Assembly: GCF_009914755.1 (NCBI RefSeq)
Contig: NC_060929.1
Length of the DNA: 64,000 bases
Direction: 5' to 3' (one strand)
From: the human T2T-CHM13v2.0 reference genome, Homo sapiens
A program made the translations under genes and the position numbers. The notes beneath the pieces were generated by a model. That model was given only the letters and a program-made list of their open reading frames with translations. It was not told the DNA's origin and did no database searches. Each line of letters opens with the position of its first letter. Within the stretch, counting starts at the first letter, position 1. Positions 62,134 through 64,000 of the stretch are shown here, piece after piece.

Positions 62134-62260
62134 ATGTTTTTGTAATGTAAAATGTGATGTTTCAAAGTATGAATACATTGTAAAAAGGTCAAATCTAGCT
62201 AATTAACAAATACATCACCTCACATAGTTATCATTTTTCTGGTGACTCCACATAACATTA
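62134..62260. repeat. 127-bp direct copy of 59455-59583
   Basis: Manual alignment gives about 6 substitutions plus a 2-nt poly-T length difference. Confidence 0.92.
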
Positions 62261-63705
62261 GTGGTTTCATTCAAATTTTAAAGGCTGGCATGAGTTTGTA
62301 TTACTTAGGTGAATATGGTTCCATAGTCATTTACGTCAAAGAGAAAGACAGGCTACCAAAAAAATCTATGTTTTATGAGGATGTGAAACACATAACATTT
62401 TCTTGTGTTTTTTCCACTGTATTAAGTATTTTCAAAAGAAAATTATTCTTTTCTTTTTCTTTGTATTAATCTTTAAGTGTCCAAAGTTTTATGTAATTCA
62501 AGATGTGAAATTCAGTGAATGAGATGTATTACTTGCCAACAGTACCTATTAAAAACCCAAATATTGGCAGAAATTTAAACACTGGAAAGATTTAGATGAA
62601 GCTTGTGATTATATAATTTTTAAACTAATGTCATTTTTTAAAAATATTAGTTGACGAGCTATTTTGGAAGTAAAATTATGTAAGGGGAAAGTACTAAAAA
62701 TACATGTATAATTTACAAACTGTTGAACTGCGAACAGATTCTTGACCTTGGAAAGATGGTAATCTTCTATTACCTATCTCAGGATTTTATCCTTTGCAAC
62801 CAGGAATTTAGGAAGCCACAATATCAGATAACTCAGTACTGATACCCCACCATCTCCTGTTGTAAAATTATTCTCCCACCCAATTTATCAAGGTTTTCAA
62901 AAAGAATTCTGTATCATAAATCTACAGTGAAATGTCTCAGTTAAGGACTTCAGTATAAATGCAAACACATACTTAACAAAAAAAAGCATAAATAAGAATT
63001 ATTCAAATTATATAAAATGTGATACCAGATGGAAAGTGACTTTACTCCTATACTTAATTCAAATATACAAAAACGGTTACTGATGATGTAAAAGTTATAC
63101 AGTCCATTGAAAGGCATATGCAATAAGTTGAGGTTTTGTAGGCAAGTACTGAGTCATACAGGGTACAGGTTACTTCTTGGTTACTGAGGGGAATCTTTTT
63201 TACTATTGTTACTGAAGAAGAATAAGAAATTTCATAAAATGCAAGCTCACTGGAGAGAAAGGAAGAGAAACATTGACACAGGATTGCGCTGTTCTTACAT
63301 CTGAATATTCTTTGTGAGATTTTTGAAACTACACCTTTGTATCTCCTTTTTTTTAGACACCTCTGTGTGTGTATTTGAACTTATCTGTTAATTCTTCACC
63401 TATGCATATTGGCTCGGGCTTTCTGTGAACATGATCAGTGGTGCACAGGGTCAAATCCTATATGGCTTCTAAAGCATCCCACCCACCAAAGGGTCCCAAA
63501 GACATTGAGGAAAGTCTCAGAGGGACCCAGTCAATAATAAACTAGAGAGTTTTTTTCCAGGAGGGAGGAAAGAGGTGACTTACAGAAGAGGTCTTATTGA
63601 TTTGAGATAGATAGTAAATCATAAATGGCTATTAGCATTGATTACCAATAGTATAACTAGATAATTTTGAAGCCGAAAACAAAAGTCTCAGAGAAGATAA
63701 ACTAC

Positions 63706-64000
63706 TTTCTTTTTTTTATTATACTTTAAGTTTTAGGGTACATGTGCACAACATGCAGGTTAGTTACATATGTATACATGGGCCATGCTGGTGTGCTGCA
63801 CCCAGTAACTCGTCATTTAACATTAGGTATATCTCCAAATGCTATCCCTCCCCCCTCCCCCCACCCCACAACAGGCCCTGGTGTGTGATATTCCCCTTCC
63901 TGTGTCCATGTGTTCTCATTGTTCAATTCCCACCTTTGAGTGAGAACATGTGGTGTTTGGTTTTTTGTCCTTGCGATAGTTTGCTGAGAATGATGGTTTC
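63706..64000 (-). mobile_element. L1PA2/3-like 3' end running off the window
   Basis: Poly-T, then ttatactttaagttttagggtacatgtgcacaac…ttagttacatatgtatac…. Confidence 0.93.

Noticed and set aside
61470-62192. 240-aa ORF as a novel protein
   Set aside because: Chance read-through across the duplicated L1MA UTR piece, L1MA ORF2 and the L1PA5 ORF2 C-terminus.

Overview
AT-rich, gene-poor primate (human-like) genomic DNA, more than half of it recognisable interspersed repeats. I find no cellular protein-coding gene, RNA gene or processed pseudogene. All long ORFs in the track come from L1, HERV-L, Alu or MaLR sequence, or are chance ORFs. The main elements are a 4.4 kb L1PA8-like LINE with both ends but two large internal deletions (one fuses ORF1 in frame to ORF2), a near-complete minus-strand HERV-L provirus with an MLT2A 5' LTR but no 3' LTR, a complete THE1C/D MaLR nested inside old L1s, several younger L1PA 3' ends, about 13 Alus, and Tigger/MER DNA transposons, MaLR solo LTRs, L2 and MIR relics. 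The most interesting signals are (i) DUX4-motif LTRs, with the 3'-LTR-less HERV-L as a possible source of read-through or chimeric transcripts, (ii) several DNA-repair scars, including a 127-bp templated copy from 2.7 kb away, a tailless L1 patch, deletion junctions and an Alu-monomer/L1 junction, and (iii) candidate regulatory segments with CpG retention or clustered homeodomain motifs. Subfamily names come from recalled consensus sequences and need RepeatMasker/Dfam confirmation. The sequence alone does not establish a new biological system.
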